Shown here: positions 39,235-49,443 of the stretch, piece by piece
Numbering within the stretch: the first letter of the stretch is position 1
Layout: every line of letters begins with the position of its first letter
IMG/VR virus record: IMGVR_UViG_3300002835_000007
Location: 124,001-188,000 of that record
Reading direction: 5' to 3' (one strand)
DNA: 64,000 nt
Translations under genes and position numbers: made by a program
Notes under the pieces: generated by a model
What the model was told of the DNA's origin: nothing
Databases searched by the model: none
Seen by the model: only the letters and a program-made list of their open reading frames with translations

Positions 39235-40608
39235 TTAAGATGTAAAGTTTTCTAAATAAGTTTTTAAATCTTCTGGAGTTCCTAAACCCCACATTTTATT
39301 AATATTATATGGTTTAAATTTAAACCCATCTAAAATTGCTTCATTGTAAACTGGTGCAACATAAAATTCATTATTAACTCTAACATTTTTTTCAATCATT
39401 TGTTCAGCGTATTTAACATAATCTGAACCTTTATTCCAATAATAAATCCCAACCGTTGCAATGTCGCTTATAGGTTTCTTTTCGGCAATCTCAGTGATGA
39501 AACCATTTTCATCTAATTTAGCAAAAGACCATTTAGGGTGTGTCGCTTTAAACGTTAACATACCACCATCTAAGTTGTCATTTGTCATTGAATAATAAAA
39601 GCTATTGCTATCCCATTCAACAAATTGGTCAGAATTAGCGATTAATAAATGTTTATCGTTATTAATAAATTCTTTAGCTAATAACGTTGTGCATGCAGCA
39701 CCTTCAGTTACACCATCAACTTGTACTATTTCACAATTAGGTGTAATCAAATTTAACAAATATTTTAAGTTGTATTTTTCGTAATGTTCTTTTTGAACAA
39801 TATAAATAAAATTAGCTTTAATATTAAGGTTTTCCACAACTACTTGAATCATTGGTTTGTGGTCAACTTCAATCAATGGTTTAGGGAATGTATAACCAGC
39901 AGAACTAAATCTAGAACCAGCACCAGCCATAGGTATTAAGATGTTGAAATCATCAGACTCCCATTTATTATTGATTTTAGAGACTTCTGTAACGTTTTTA
40001 ACCAAATTTGATATCTTACTATATGTGACATCATTTGGTGTTTCTACAGCACATAAAAAGGCCCCAGAATCAATTGCTGCTTGTCTTCCATGGAAACTAT
40101 CTTCAACAACTATTGTTTCATTTGGTTTAACACCAGCGTGAACCATAGCTTTTAAATAAATCTCTGGGTGTGGTTTTGAAGTTTTAACATCTTCATTACC
40201 AAAATAATGGTCTACATATTCAATAAGACCAGTTTTATATAACATCAATTTAATTGATTCTCGTATTGAATTTGAAGCAACGTATACTTTGTACCCATCT
40301 GTTTTAAGTTTTCTTAAAACATTTTTTAATTCCATTGATTCAGTCAACGTTTCTTTAATCACGTCAGATGTCATTTTTTGTTTCATTTCCCAAACATACT
40401 TATGTTGAGATTCTGGTAGACCTTTTTCCTTTGTTAATAAATCTAACTTAACGTTAGTTGGTAGTCCATCGTATTTATTCAAATGTTCATCTCTAGTGAT
40501 GATAAATTTTTTGTCAACTAATTCAATAGCTTTATTTAAAGATTCATAGTGTATTTCTTTTGCGTCAACTAAAACACCATCTAAATCAAATATAATTAAT
40601 TTAACCAT
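39235..40608 (-). CDS. HAD phosphatase fused to sugar nucleotidyltransferase
   Basis: FDLDGVL, KPHPEIY, VVEDS; then LIPMAGAGSRF...PKPLI, IANSDQ, EKKPIS..ATVGIY. Confidence 0.88.
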   Translation of the reverse strand: MVKLIIFDLDGVLVDAKEIHYESLNKAIELVDKKFIITRDEHLNKYDGLPTNVKLDLLTKEKGLPESQHKYVWEMKQKMTSDVIKETLTESMELKNVLRKLKTDGYKVYVASNSIRESIKLMLYKTGLIEYVDHYFGNEDVKTSKPHPEIYLKAMVHAGVKPNETIVVEDSFHGRQAAIDSGAFLCAVETPNDVTYSKISNLVKNVTEVSKINNKWESDDFNILIPMAGAGSRFSSAGYTFPKPLIEVDHKPMIQVVVENLNIKANFIYIVQKEHYEKYNLKYLLNLITPNCEIVQVDGVTEGAACTTLLAKEFINNDKHLLIANSDQFVEWDSNSFYYSMTNDNLDGGMLTFKATHPKWSFAKLDENGFITEIAEKKPISDIATVGIYYWNKGSDYVKYAEQMIEKNVRVNNEFYVAPVYNEAILDGFKFKPYNINKMWGLGTPEDLKTYLENFTS

Positions 40609-41291
40609 AATTTTTTATCATTTAATATTTCTATTTTATCATTGCTAGTTTCGTCAAAAACTTTGTCCTTGCTTGGTTTGATTATTTGAACGCTAGAATT
40701 TGGATTCATGTTAAAGTCATATTTAAGTCTTACTTGTTTTGACCATAAAACATCTTCACCTTGTCCCCATATTAAATTTTCATCTAATGGGTATTCTAAC
40801 ATAACTTCTTTTTTAGCAATCCAATAAGCACCAGAAATATACATATATTTTGATAAATGTGTAATATCATAAGGTATTAAACATTCTCGTTGAATAAAAT
40901 TATCCATTTTATTATCATTATGTGGCCAAATACACCAATCTCTGAACCTTTCACCATTTAAGTTAATGATTCTATCCATTCTAATTTTGAAGTCATTGCC
41001 AGCGATTAATTGACCTTCATACCAACCTTCATTTAATCTAATGTAATCGTGAAAATATACAACATTTTCATATTTAGCCTCACGTGTGATTAGATTTTTT
41101 TTTGCTGTTATCCACATTGGTTTTATGTTTTCATTAAAAACAATAACCCTTGTATTTTTTCTATTGATTGTTGAGTGACCTATGATGATTATTTCATAGT
41201 TAGGTATGTTTTCTTTTTCTATTGAATTGATAATGTCATTTAACATACCATCATTATCTCCGCCAGTTACTATACCAAAAGTAAAATCCAT
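40596..41291 (-). CDS. GT2-like glycosyltransferase
   Basis: YEIIIIG, KKNLI...AKYENVVYFHDY, GEDV.WS. Confidence 0.65.
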   Translation of the reverse strand: MDFTFGIVTGGDNDGMLNDIINSIEKENIPNYEIIIIGHSTINRKNTRVIVFNENIKPMWITAKKNLITREAKYENVVYFHDYIRLNEGWYEGQLIAGNDFKIRMDRIINLNGERFRDWCIWPHNDNKMDNFIQRECLIPYDITHLSKYMYISGAYWIAKKEVMLEYPLDENLIWGQGEDVLWSKQVRLKYDFNMNPNSSVQIIKPSKDKVFDETSNDKIEILNDKKLWLN

Positions 41292-42142
41292 TATTTAAAA
41301 ATTTTAGTGTTCTTATATATCCAATCTTCTGCAATTAAAAATTCTTTTGCTTTTTCAAAGTTTTCTGTAATTGCTGGAAGCATATTGTTGTATTGTTCTA
41401 AAGATAATAAATTTAATTTTGAAAGTAAATCTTCTACATCATTAAAAATAATCATCCCATCTAAATTAAAAAAATCACCTATAGATGGACAACCCCAATA
41501 AATTGGGACGGTGCCAGTAACAAAACTATCCATTAATTTTTCGGTAAAATAGTAATCTGAACGACTATTTTCAATTATCAAAGAAAACGCATAATCTTTT
41601 AATGATTCTAACTTATAATCAATTGGGTTATAACCTCTACCATACGCATCTAATCCAATATTATTTGCTCTTAAAACATCTATCGATGCATGTCTTAATC
41701 TATGACCTTCAGTTTGTCGTTTGTCTGATGCAATTATTGATAGTAATTTTGTTTTATCATAAATGCTTTGGTCTTCTTCTTTTATCCAGCAGCCACAATG
41801 TGGGTAAAACAATGCGTTTGAACAGCTATCTAATAAGTTTTTGTCATAGGTCAACACATTTTTAAAGTGACCATGATTAGAACTAACCCATTCATAAATC
41901 GCTGGGTTTATCGCTCTAGGTTCCATTAACATACCTATTTTGTTATTGTTAACTATATTGACACTATTGTTTAAAGAGTTATCTGTAATAAACAAAATTT
42001 CTTCTTGACTGATGTTTCTACTTCTATCCCAATTAATAAATTTAGAAATTTGATAATCGGTTGTGTATTTTGCGTGTGCAAAATTTATATCTATTATTTT
42101 TACGTTATTTAAACACATATTTAAGTTCTTTATGTGGGCCAT
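41291..42142 (-). CDS. GT10 (alpha-1,3-fucosyltransferase-like) glycosyltransferase
   Basis: Y.FSLIIENS...YYFTEKL.DSF..GTVPIYWG. Confidence 0.85.
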   Translation of the reverse strand: MAHIKNLNMCLNNVKIIDINFAHAKYTTDYQISKFINWDRSRNISQEEILFITDNSLNNSVNIVNNNKIGMLMEPRAINPAIYEWVSSNHGHFKNVLTYDKNLLDSCSNALFYPHCGCWIKEEDQSIYDKTKLLSIIASDKRQTEGHRLRHASIDVLRANNIGLDAYGRGYNPIDYKLESLKDYAFSLIIENSRSDYYFTEKLMDSFVTGTVPIYWGCPSIGDFFNLDGMIIFNDVEDLLSKLNLLSLEQYNNMLPAITENFEKAKEFLIAEDWIYKNTKIFK

Positions 42143-42926
42143 TTATATCTGAAAACTCCATAGATATTAAATCAATTTCATCACCAGATAAAAATTTATC
42201 GTTTAATTCTTTTTCGCTTATACCAAATTGCAACCCGTGTCTATTATTGAATGTATCATTAACTAGATTAGCTGGTATACTAACTAACTTAGATTCAGTA
42301 AATGATTTAACAGTTTTTGGGATGGAATCAGTCACAACAAATCTTTGTAAAAAAGCTTCTAATGTGTTTGGGTTTCTAAAATCAATCTCAATCAACAAAT
42401 CTTTTATAAAAGTTGTGTTAAAAATATGACCATCTGTTGATAATGGATATTTAAAATCACCATTTTGCTGCTTAGTGTAATCAAATGTCATGTATTCACC
42501 ATCAACTTCGTGTTCACCTAATTCATAATGCAAATCAGCTGGGTGTGAATAATTACAATTTTTACCTAATCGTAATGAAAAAATAACAAAATCTTCAACA
42601 ACTGGTTTTATTATATCTATTTTTCTAGCTAAAATTTGGTTATAAACAACTGCGTCATCAACCATGAAAGTTGTTGCTTCGATTTCATCATCAATAAGTT
42701 TAAATAAATCTTTTCTAAAATTATTTTCATTAAAGAAATATATACTAGGATATTTTTCAAATAATTTTTGATACCCATATAAGTAATCTTCATTATCTGT
42801 TTTATACAAAACACTAATTTTGTCAAATAAAAGTGGAGCATTTGTTTTTAATGAATCTAACAAAAGATTCAATTGACATGCTCTATTTTTAGAAAAAATT
42901 ATTAATTGATTTTTATAGTTTTTCAT
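42105..42926 (-). CDS. Putative glycosyltransferase
   Basis: IIFSKNRACQL.LLLDS, FMVDDAV. Confidence 0.6.
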   Translation of the reverse strand: MKNYKNQLIIFSKNRACQLNLLLDSLKTNAPLLFDKISVLYKTDNEDYLYGYQKLFEKYPSIYFFNENNFRKDLFKLIDDEIEATTFMVDDAVVYNQILARKIDIIKPVVEDFVIFSLRLGKNCNYSHPADLHYELGEHEVDGEYMTFDYTKQQNGDFKYPLSTDGHIFNTTFIKDLLIEIDFRNPNTLEAFLQRFVVTDSIPKTVKSFTESKLVSIPANLVNDTFNNRHGLQFGISEKELNDKFLSGDEIDLISMEFSDINGPHKELKYVFK

Positions 42927-43546
42927 TCGTTAAAAAAATTTGAATAATCTACGTTACGATTTTGTATATCACTAAACCCAGCTGTTTGTTTAGCCATGTT
43001 AGGATAAAAACCGTATGCGTTAAATCTGTTATGTAATTCAGCATAATATGCGTCAACTTGTTTTTTTCTTTTAGTTAACACAGACTCTATAATTTCAAAC
43101 ATGCTGCTGTTAATTGCAACACATTGTAATGCAACAGTAAAGTTTAACTTGATAACTTTATCATTAATTAGATGTGGTGGTTGGCCATAGACATGGTTGC
43201 CTCCAAAATAAATGAAATCCCAATCAGATGGCACATTATTAATATATTCATCTAATTTTAAAATTTCATCCGTAAAATAAACATCATCTTCTAAAATAAG
43301 CACATTTTTAACGTTCTCTTCTTTACATTTTTTTATTATCTGAAGATGTGATTCTAATACACCTAATTCACCAGCTAATAAAGGTATTTCATTAGACATG
43401 ATAGTTGTTCCATCAATAGCTGAAAAGCGTTCAACCTCTTCAATACCATATTTTTCTAATTCTTTTTTAAAAGAATCAAATCTATCTGGTCTTCTATCTA
43501 AATTAATCACATATACCTTATCAAAATATTTCTTAAAATCTATCAT
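42923..43546 (-). CDS. GT25 glycosyltransferase
   Basis: VYVINLDRRPDR, RFSAIDG, G...SHL, LILEDD. Confidence 0.88.
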   Translation of the reverse strand: MIDFKKYFDKVYVINLDRRPDRFDSFKKELEKYGIEEVERFSAIDGTTIMSNEIPLLAGELGVLESHLQIIKKCKEENVKNVLILEDDVYFTDEILKLDEYINNVPSDWDFIYFGGNHVYGQPPHLINDKVIKLNFTVALQCVAINSSMFEIIESVLTKRKKQVDAYYAELHNRFNAYGFYPNMAKQTAGFSDIQNRNVDYSNFFNE

Positions 43547-44499
43547 TTTTTGGCTTTTTGTTCATATTTTTTATCAAGTTCTTTTACTCTATATGCGTCA
43601 AGAATATCGTTACCGTCTGTTTTAATTTTAGCGTTGAACTTGATTACGTAATAACCATTGTATTCAACTATTTTGTCATAAGAAATATTGTCATATTCAT
43701 ATTCTAAATAATCATCTGTACCTAATGTTTTATATGTGATAAAATTAATTTCATTAAAGTCTAACATTGTTGAATTGATGCCATCATTCATGATTTTTTT
43801 AACTTCACTAATAAACAAACGACTAGTTCTATTGTATTCATCTGGATATTTACTTACATAAAATTCTAATAATTTATTAGTTTTATCTATTGTTCTAACA
43901 TTCATTTTTAACGTAAAGTTTTCTAAATAAAAGTTAGGTAAATTTTCTCTGATGATTATTATAGGACGTTCAGATTTATTTGTAGCAAAATAATTAATAG
44001 ACTCAATAATACCATGTGTTGCAACTAAGTCACCATTTTCATTTGTTGATTGAATAACTTCATCGAATAAAGATATATTATCGTTATTCATTGCTTGGTT
44101 ACTACCTATTACAATTTCTGAGTTATCAACAACCATTTCTAATTTATAATCATCAGATGGGTCTAATTTAACTTTTTTAAGTCCTAGTTTTTTATTAACT
44201 TTTTTAGTTTTAACAATAGGCATCCCATCTTCGTCATACCCTACAATTTCAGCAGTAACACCTTCACTTTCTTTTAGTATTTTATATGTTCTCCATCTAA
44301 GGTTCATAACTTCTTGAGTTATCTCACCTTGTTTTAATGAGTCAGCCAATTGACCTTGGGTATTTCGTTGGGTTTGATTTACATCTGAACCCAACGTTTC
44401 GCCTTGCTGCCCTAAAGCATTTTTTTCAACATTACTCATAGCTAATGTTAACATAGCCATTCGTCTGTTAAACCATTGTTTTAATTTATTAAAAACCAT
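43543..44499 (-). CDS. Hypothetical protein
   Basis: 318 aa ORF. Confidence 0.75.
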   Translation of the reverse strand: MVFNKLKQWFNRRMAMLTLAMSNVEKNALGQQGETLGSDVNQTQRNTQGQLADSLKQGEITQEVMNLRWRTYKILKESEGVTAEIVGYDEDGMPIVKTKKVNKKLGLKKVKLDPSDDYKLEMVVDNSEIVIGSNQAMNNDNISLFDEVIQSTNENGDLVATHGIIESINYFATNKSERPIIIIRENLPNFYLENFTLKMNVRTIDKTNKLLEFYVSKYPDEYNRTSRLFISEVKKIMNDGINSTMLDFNEINFITYKTLGTDDYLEYEYDNISYDKIVEYNGYYVIKFNAKIKTDGNDILDAYRVKELDKKYEQKAKK

Positions 44500-44500
44500 A

Positions 44501-46150
44501 TTAATCTAAAATTAATTCGTATTGTTGTTTAATTTCTTTAACAACATTATCACTTTTAAATTTATCGATATCTTCTGGAATGTCATGTAAATTTTTACTT
44601 AAAATATTACCAGATGAATCAACATCATATATCCAACCTTTTTTACCACACATCCATCCTTCGATAGTTGTTCTACCTAATAAGATACCAGCTGTTTCAT
44701 CACATTTATGAATATATTGCTCAACATTTGATGTTGGACCATGATATTTAACATGTGGTTCGTTTTCAATCATACTAGGTAAGTAATTATCGTTTTCTTT
44801 ACCAACAAGCCATAATTCTTGATTGTTTTCTTTGGTAGTGTTAATAAGGTCTTGAATAGTTTGTTTTCTAAGATAATCAATAGTACCAACAAATAAAATT
44901 CTTTTCTTATCTCTCTTTTCAGTTGATTTAATTGGTTTAAACTTTTCTTCGTTTATAGGATTATAAATAACTTCAACTTTATCAGTTTCGATATTAAAAT
45001 TCTTAACAATATGTTCTTTAATTTCTGGTCTTATCGCAATGTATTTTTTAATTTGTGGAGATAACACTGGTTCCTCTAAATTAATCACTTCAGAGTGAAT
45101 AGAACAAATAACTGGAGTCTCTGGATATAATCTAAGTAAATGCTCAGTAACTGGTTTATGGTTTAAATGGATTACATCAAATTCAATATTTGAAACTTTA
45201 TACAAAGTATTTGGTTGAGAGGTAACATCACCTTCTGGAGTTTTTAATAGCCATTTACCATCACCTAATTTAAAACCTGGCGGTTCTTGTAATGAATATA
45301 ATTTGATACCTAATTGTTTTGCTGCTTTAGCCAAAGGTTCGCCAATACTTGAACACACACTTACGTTACAACCATCTTTAACCAACTTTTTAGCCAATTC
45401 AAAAACATATAATTCAGAACCAGTATAATTAGCAAAACTTAAACATCCAATAAGAACATCTAATTTCTCATTTTTTCTTAATTGTTTTTTAATATTAACT
45501 GGTAGTTTATCTTTAAATGCTTCAGCGAATTGTTGTCTATTAGACTCCCATTGTTCGTTTGTCATACCTATAGACAAGTGATTAACTCTAATAGATGTAA
45601 TTACACCTACCTTAACACCTTTTAGATGATTCTCAAAACAAAATGTTACATCATAAAAGTGGAAACCTTCTACTGATTCATTAAACTTAATTTTCATTTT
45701 AGTTTTATCAACAGCAAAAAACAAACCGTCAACAATAACAACTTCTTCAACTGATTGACCTAAATCTTCAGAGTAAGAAGATAACCATGATTTACCTTCA
45801 TGTGTATGCTGTACTCTACCATACATTTTTTTAGATTTAACCCACCATTGGCCAGTCTCTGACATGTATTTAGTTCCAGCAACACCAATGATACCATATT
45901 CTGGATTCTTTTCAAACGTTTTTAATAATTTGTTACCCCATTGTTTAGTTTCAATAGTTAAATCATCATGACAAAAAACAACAATATCGTTTGTAGCCAT
46001 TTTTAAGCCACGATTGTAAGCTTTTGTTAACGATTCACCATTATTGATTATTTCTATCACCTCAATGTGTTTATGAAGCCCAGATGACTTTATAAGATGT
46101 TCTTTATGTTCTGGATTTGATTGTCTGGTACAATATACTACTGTAATCAT
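44501..46150 (-). CDS. Bifunctional GT2-like + GT4-like glycosyltransferase
   Basis: N: AYNRGL..ATNDIVVFCHDDL, FHFYD; C: TGSELYV.ELAK.L, ILFVGTI, GRT.IEG. Confidence 0.8.
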   Translation of the reverse strand: MITVVYCTRQSNPEHKEHLIKSSGLHKHIEVIEIINNGESLTKAYNRGLKMATNDIVVFCHDDLTIETKQWGNKLLKTFEKNPEYGIIGVAGTKYMSETGQWWVKSKKMYGRVQHTHEGKSWLSSYSEDLGQSVEEVVIVDGLFFAVDKTKMKIKFNESVEGFHFYDVTFCFENHLKGVKVGVITSIRVNHLSIGMTNEQWESNRQQFAEAFKDKLPVNIKKQLRKNEKLDVLIGCLSFANYTGSELYVFELAKKLVKDGCNVSVCSSIGEPLAKAAKQLGIKLYSLQEPPGFKLGDGKWLLKTPEGDVTSQPNTLYKVSNIEFDVIHLNHKPVTEHLLRLYPETPVICSIHSEVINLEEPVLSPQIKKYIAIRPEIKEHIVKNFNIETDKVEVIYNPINEEKFKPIKSTEKRDKKRILFVGTIDYLRKQTIQDLINTTKENNQELWLVGKENDNYLPSMIENEPHVKYHGPTSNVEQYIHKCDETAGILLGRTTIEGWMCGKKGWIYDVDSSGNILSKNLHDIPEDIDKFKSDNVVKEIKQQYELILD

Positions 46151-46407
46151 TTTCTAGTTAAATTATATTTTGTTATGAAATCTTCATAACTTATTTTTTC
46201 GATAGTATTATCACTAAACCCTACGTTTGGTGAAAATAGAACAAAACCCTCAGTAGATAAATCTATTGAAGGTTCTAATGCGTCTACTGCTGGTCTTTCA
46301 TATTTCCAATGATTTTCATCATCAGAAATATTTATAAATCTTCCATTGAAGATACCAGCTGTTTTAGCATGTTCTTTTAATGTTTCTATAAATTCTGCTC
46401 TAATCAT
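46147..46407 (-). CDS. Hypothetical protein
   Basis: 86 aa ORF with overlapping start/stop. Confidence 0.6.
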   Translation of the reverse strand: MIRAEFIETLKEHAKTAGIFNGRFINISDDENHWKYERPAVDALEPSIDLSTEGFVLFSPNVGFSDNTIEKISYEDFITKYNLTRK

Positions 46408-47027
46408 TTTACACCAGTTGAACCGAAACCACCAGAACCACGTTCTGTGTTTTCGTCTATGTTATCTACTTTATTTAAATTAATAAAGTTTTTGCCGATT
46501 ACAGAAGCAATAACTGCTTGTGCAATTCTATCACCATGACTAATAGTAAAAGCTTCATCGCCATGGTTGATTAAAATAACTTTAACTTCGCCACGATAGT
46601 CAGCATCCACAGTTCCAGGTGAGTTCAAAACAGTTACACCATTTTTAGCAGCCAAACCACTTCTAGGTCTAACTTGAATTTCAAAATTCTCTGGAATTTC
46701 AAAATATAAACCAGTAGGGATAATTCTAACACCATGTGAAGGTATAGTAATCGGTGAATCTAAATTAGCTCTTAAATCAAAACCAGATGAACCAGAAGTT
46801 GCATATTCTGGGTCTTGGTTATTTGATTCGTTTTTAAAATTAAATTTAATTTTATGAGCATCATAATTAATACTAAATTTATCAGCGTTAAATTCGTTAT
46901 CAAAATCTTCTTGCGTGTAACCACTATCTGGGTCAGCAATTAACAAGATTTTGTTTCTCATGTCTGCTATTAAGTCTTCGTTATCTAAACTCATATTACT
47001 TTTTAGTTTTTTCATTTTTAACAGCAA
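46404..47027 (-). CDS. dut: dUTPase (trimeric)
   Basis: GSSGFDLRA, QVRPRSGLA, GTVDADYRGE, RIAQ, RGSGGFGSTG. Confidence 0.95.
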   Translation of the reverse strand: MLLKMKKLKSNMSLDNEDLIADMRNKILLIADPDSGYTQEDFDNEFNADKFSINYDAHKIKFNFKNESNNQDPEYATSGSSGFDLRANLDSPITIPSHGVRIIPTGLYFEIPENFEIQVRPRSGLAAKNGVTVLNSPGTVDADYRGEVKVILINHGDEAFTISHGDRIAQAVIASVIGKNFINLNKVDNIDENTERGSGGFGSTGVK

Positions 47028-47559
47028 ACAATACAGCTGTTTTTAATAAATCACCTAACATTGAGTTATGATACTCAACCATTTTATCATCACTTTTATC
47101 TAAATTAATGATTGCGGTGTATTCTTGTTCAGTTAACTGGATACCGTGTGACATAGTATAATAAACACTTCTTTCACCCACTCTCATAGATGTTAAGTCT
47201 TCATTAAATTCGTACATTTTTCCTTGGTTTTTTCTGTGCCATTCTGAATCACATGGCTTGTAAAGATTTGCTTTACCAATTTGGTGAAGAAGACAAACTT
47301 TCAATAATGAGTTTTGGTCAACTTTTTCTTCTTCTGGTAATGCGTTATTGAATTTTACAGCGTAAGACCCTACTCTAAGAAGGTGGTCGATTAAACCACC
47401 TTCAAAAGCATTGTGTAGGTCTGCCATTGTTGACGCTGGAGCTTTAATAAAAGACTCCCCTAAGAATTTCATGAATTCATCATTCATGAAACCTAATTTT
47501 GTTGCAGTGTCAAAATATTTTTTTGTGTTAGCAACAATTTTTTCTTGTGTTAATGACAT
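46996..47559 (-). CDS. HD-domain-like phosphohydrolase
   Basis: APAS....HNAFEGGLIDH.L.V, CLLHQIGK (HD changed to HQ). Confidence 0.65.
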   Translation of the reverse strand: MSLTQEKIVANTKKYFDTATKLGFMNDEFMKFLGESFIKAPASTMADLHNAFEGGLIDHLLRVGSYAVKFNNALPEEEKVDQNSLLKVCLLHQIGKANLYKPCDSEWHRKNQGKMYEFNEDLTSMRVGERSVYYTMSHGIQLTEQEYTAIINLDKSDDKMVEYHNSMLGDLLKTAVLFAVKNEKTKK

Positions 47560-47590
47560 ATTATTTTATTTTATTAGTTTTATATTTACT

Positions 47591-47619
47591 AATATACTAA
47601 CAAAATACGAATAAATCAA
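47591..47619 (-). promoter_or_regulatory. sigma70-type promoter
   Basis: TTGATT-17 nt-TATATT on the - strand upstream of 47559. Confidence 0.5.
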
Positions 47620-47622
47620 TAT

Positions 47623-48081
47623 TTATTTTTGAAGTTTTTCAAAAACTTCAGATTTATTTATAGGTGCATATAAATGGTTTTCTTGTTCATTTAAAACACT
47701 TGGTGGTACACTAGGTGTTATTGGTTTTTTAGTTTCCAAATCATCCATAAAATCTTTAGCGTTACTTAAAATTTCTTTAATGTTTTTAGTTCCTTTTTCT
47801 TTTTTATGCGTTTCTATTCTTTCATTATCAACAATAGCTATTTCATCTTCATCTCTTTCACCATGCGGAACCAAAGTAGGTCTACCCATTGTTGTTCGTC
47901 TCATTCTGTCCATAAGTTCAGTACGTTTCATAACGTCCAAGATATGTTTAGCTGATTCATCTTCTTTAGGTGTTTCAGTTAATACTTGTTTAGATTCAAC
48001 TTTAAGTTCTTCTTTTTCATCTTCTCTTAATAACTCAATCATAAAGTTAAATAAAAGTTTAATATCGTCTTTTCTACTCAT
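47623..48081 (-). CDS. Hypothetical protein
   Basis: 152 aa charged ORF. Confidence 0.65.
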   Translation of the reverse strand: MSRKDDIKLLFNFMIELLREDEKEELKVESKQVLTETPKEDESAKHILDVMKRTELMDRMRRTTMGRPTLVPHGERDEDEIAIVDNERIETHKKEKGTKNIKEILSNAKDFMDDLETKKPITPSVPPSVLNEQENHLYAPINKSEVFEKLQK

Positions 48082-49352
48082 TATGCTATTTCTTTTTCTT
48101 CTTTTGTTATTGTTTTTTGTTTAGCAGCAATAAGGTTTAAATACAATTCACGTCTTTGTTCGGTTACTTTATTCAATGAATAAGTATCTTTAACTGTGTT
48201 GTGTAAATTATCTTGTAATTGTTTAACAATATCTTGATTTTGAATTAATTTTTTAATTGACGCATACCAATCTTTATGGTTTTTAACTTCATCAATCAAG
48301 ATGCCATTACCATCTTCTTCAAACCCACCACCAAATTTAACAGCGTTTTTAATATCTATTGTATAAGGTCCAAAATTTTGAGCGATAATTGCTTTATGGT
48401 GGAAACCAGCTTCAATTACTTTTAATTGACTTTTAACCTTATTAAAGATATTTTCTTCTAGCGGTGCTAACGATACGTCAAATAAATTATAGTTAGTAGC
48501 GTAAGTAGAAATAGGTTTAGTCCAAACACGTCTATACGCTTCGTTATTAATCCCTTCAAATTCAGAATTAGGTATAAATTTCATTAAGAAATCTTTATAT
48601 TCTGGACTAACTGATTTATAGTCATCAGTAAAGATTCTTTCATATGAATACCAAACACTTTCCATTGGGCTAATGTTTCTAGTTCTTTGTTCACCAGTTG
48701 TTGGGTCAATTTCAGTGTGGGTTCCTCTAATATCAAATCCACATAACACAAATTGAACTTTATCAATTAATTTATCTGTTGTAAGTTTAGCGACAATACC
48801 TTTTAAAATTTCTAAATCTTTTAAATGCGATGAACCACCTAACCACCCAATTCTAAGTCTTCCATTTGATGGTTCTAAGTTAGGGGTGAATTGTTTTTCT
48901 GTTGGTTCGATTGCGTTAGCTAAAACGTGAACATTTTTATTAAATTTAGCAATTTCATTAGCGAATAAAGTTGTTGTAGTTGTTACATTTTCAGCTAATT
49001 TAATGTTATTTAAAATCATCTCATCGATTTTATGTGCTTTGATTAAATGATACGCTGGGTGATGTTCACCTGGAGACCAATAATCATCTAAATCCATAAT
49101 GGTAACAATACCTAAAGATTTTAATTTTTCTAATAACGGACCCATTTGTTCATAATTACCTAATGTTCTATGGTAATGGATAATATCATATTGTTTTAAC
49201 CATTCGTCATTGTTTAATTGTGGCTCATAATCAACGTCAACGTGAAATTCAGTTGGGTAGTTATTTTCTAATGCGATATGAGGGTTTGTGCTTCTGTAAT
49301 ATGAAACACCAGTTCTGTCACTTGGTACTACTAGTACTTTTAATTTTTTCAT
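48081..49352 (-). CDS. GT-B (GT4-like) glycosyltransferase
   Basis: DRTGVSYYR, MDLDDYW, RIGWLGGSSH..DL, APL....FN..KSQLK.IEAG. Confidence 0.85.
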   Translation of the reverse strand: MKKLKVLVVPSDRTGVSYYRSTNPHIALENNYPTEFHVDVDYEPQLNNDEWLKQYDIIHYHRTLGNYEQMGPLLEKLKSLGIVTIMDLDDYWSPGEHHPAYHLIKAHKIDEMILNNIKLAENVTTTTTLFANEIAKFNKNVHVLANAIEPTEKQFTPNLEPSNGRLRIGWLGGSSHLKDLEILKGIVAKLTTDKLIDKVQFVLCGFDIRGTHTEIDPTTGEQRTRNISPMESVWYSYERIFTDDYKSVSPEYKDFLMKFIPNSEFEGINNEAYRRVWTKPISTYATNYNLFDVSLAPLEENIFNKVKSQLKVIEAGFHHKAIIAQNFGPYTIDIKNAVKFGGGFEEDGNGILIDEVKNHKDWYASIKKLIQNQDIVKQLQDNLHNTVKDTYSLNKVTEQRRELYLNLIAAKQKTITKEEKEIA

Positions 49353-49414
49353 AAAATTTATTTAAAAACTTTTTATTAATATTTTAATTATAAGAATAAA
49401 ATTTTATATGTAAA

Positions 49415-49443
49415 TAAAAAAGGGGTCTTTAAACCCCTTTTTT
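49415..49443 (-). terminator. Intrinsic terminator, potentially bidirectional
   Basis: AAAAAAGGGG TCTTTAAA CCCCTTTTTT. Confidence 0.8.

Noticed and set aside
25257-49352. DNA hypermodification (glucosyl-hmC type) role for the GT cluster
   Set aside because: The TS keeps dUMP specificity, no hydroxymethylase was seen, and the GT families (GT2/10/25, O-methyltransferases) fit surface glycans better. Not fully excluded.
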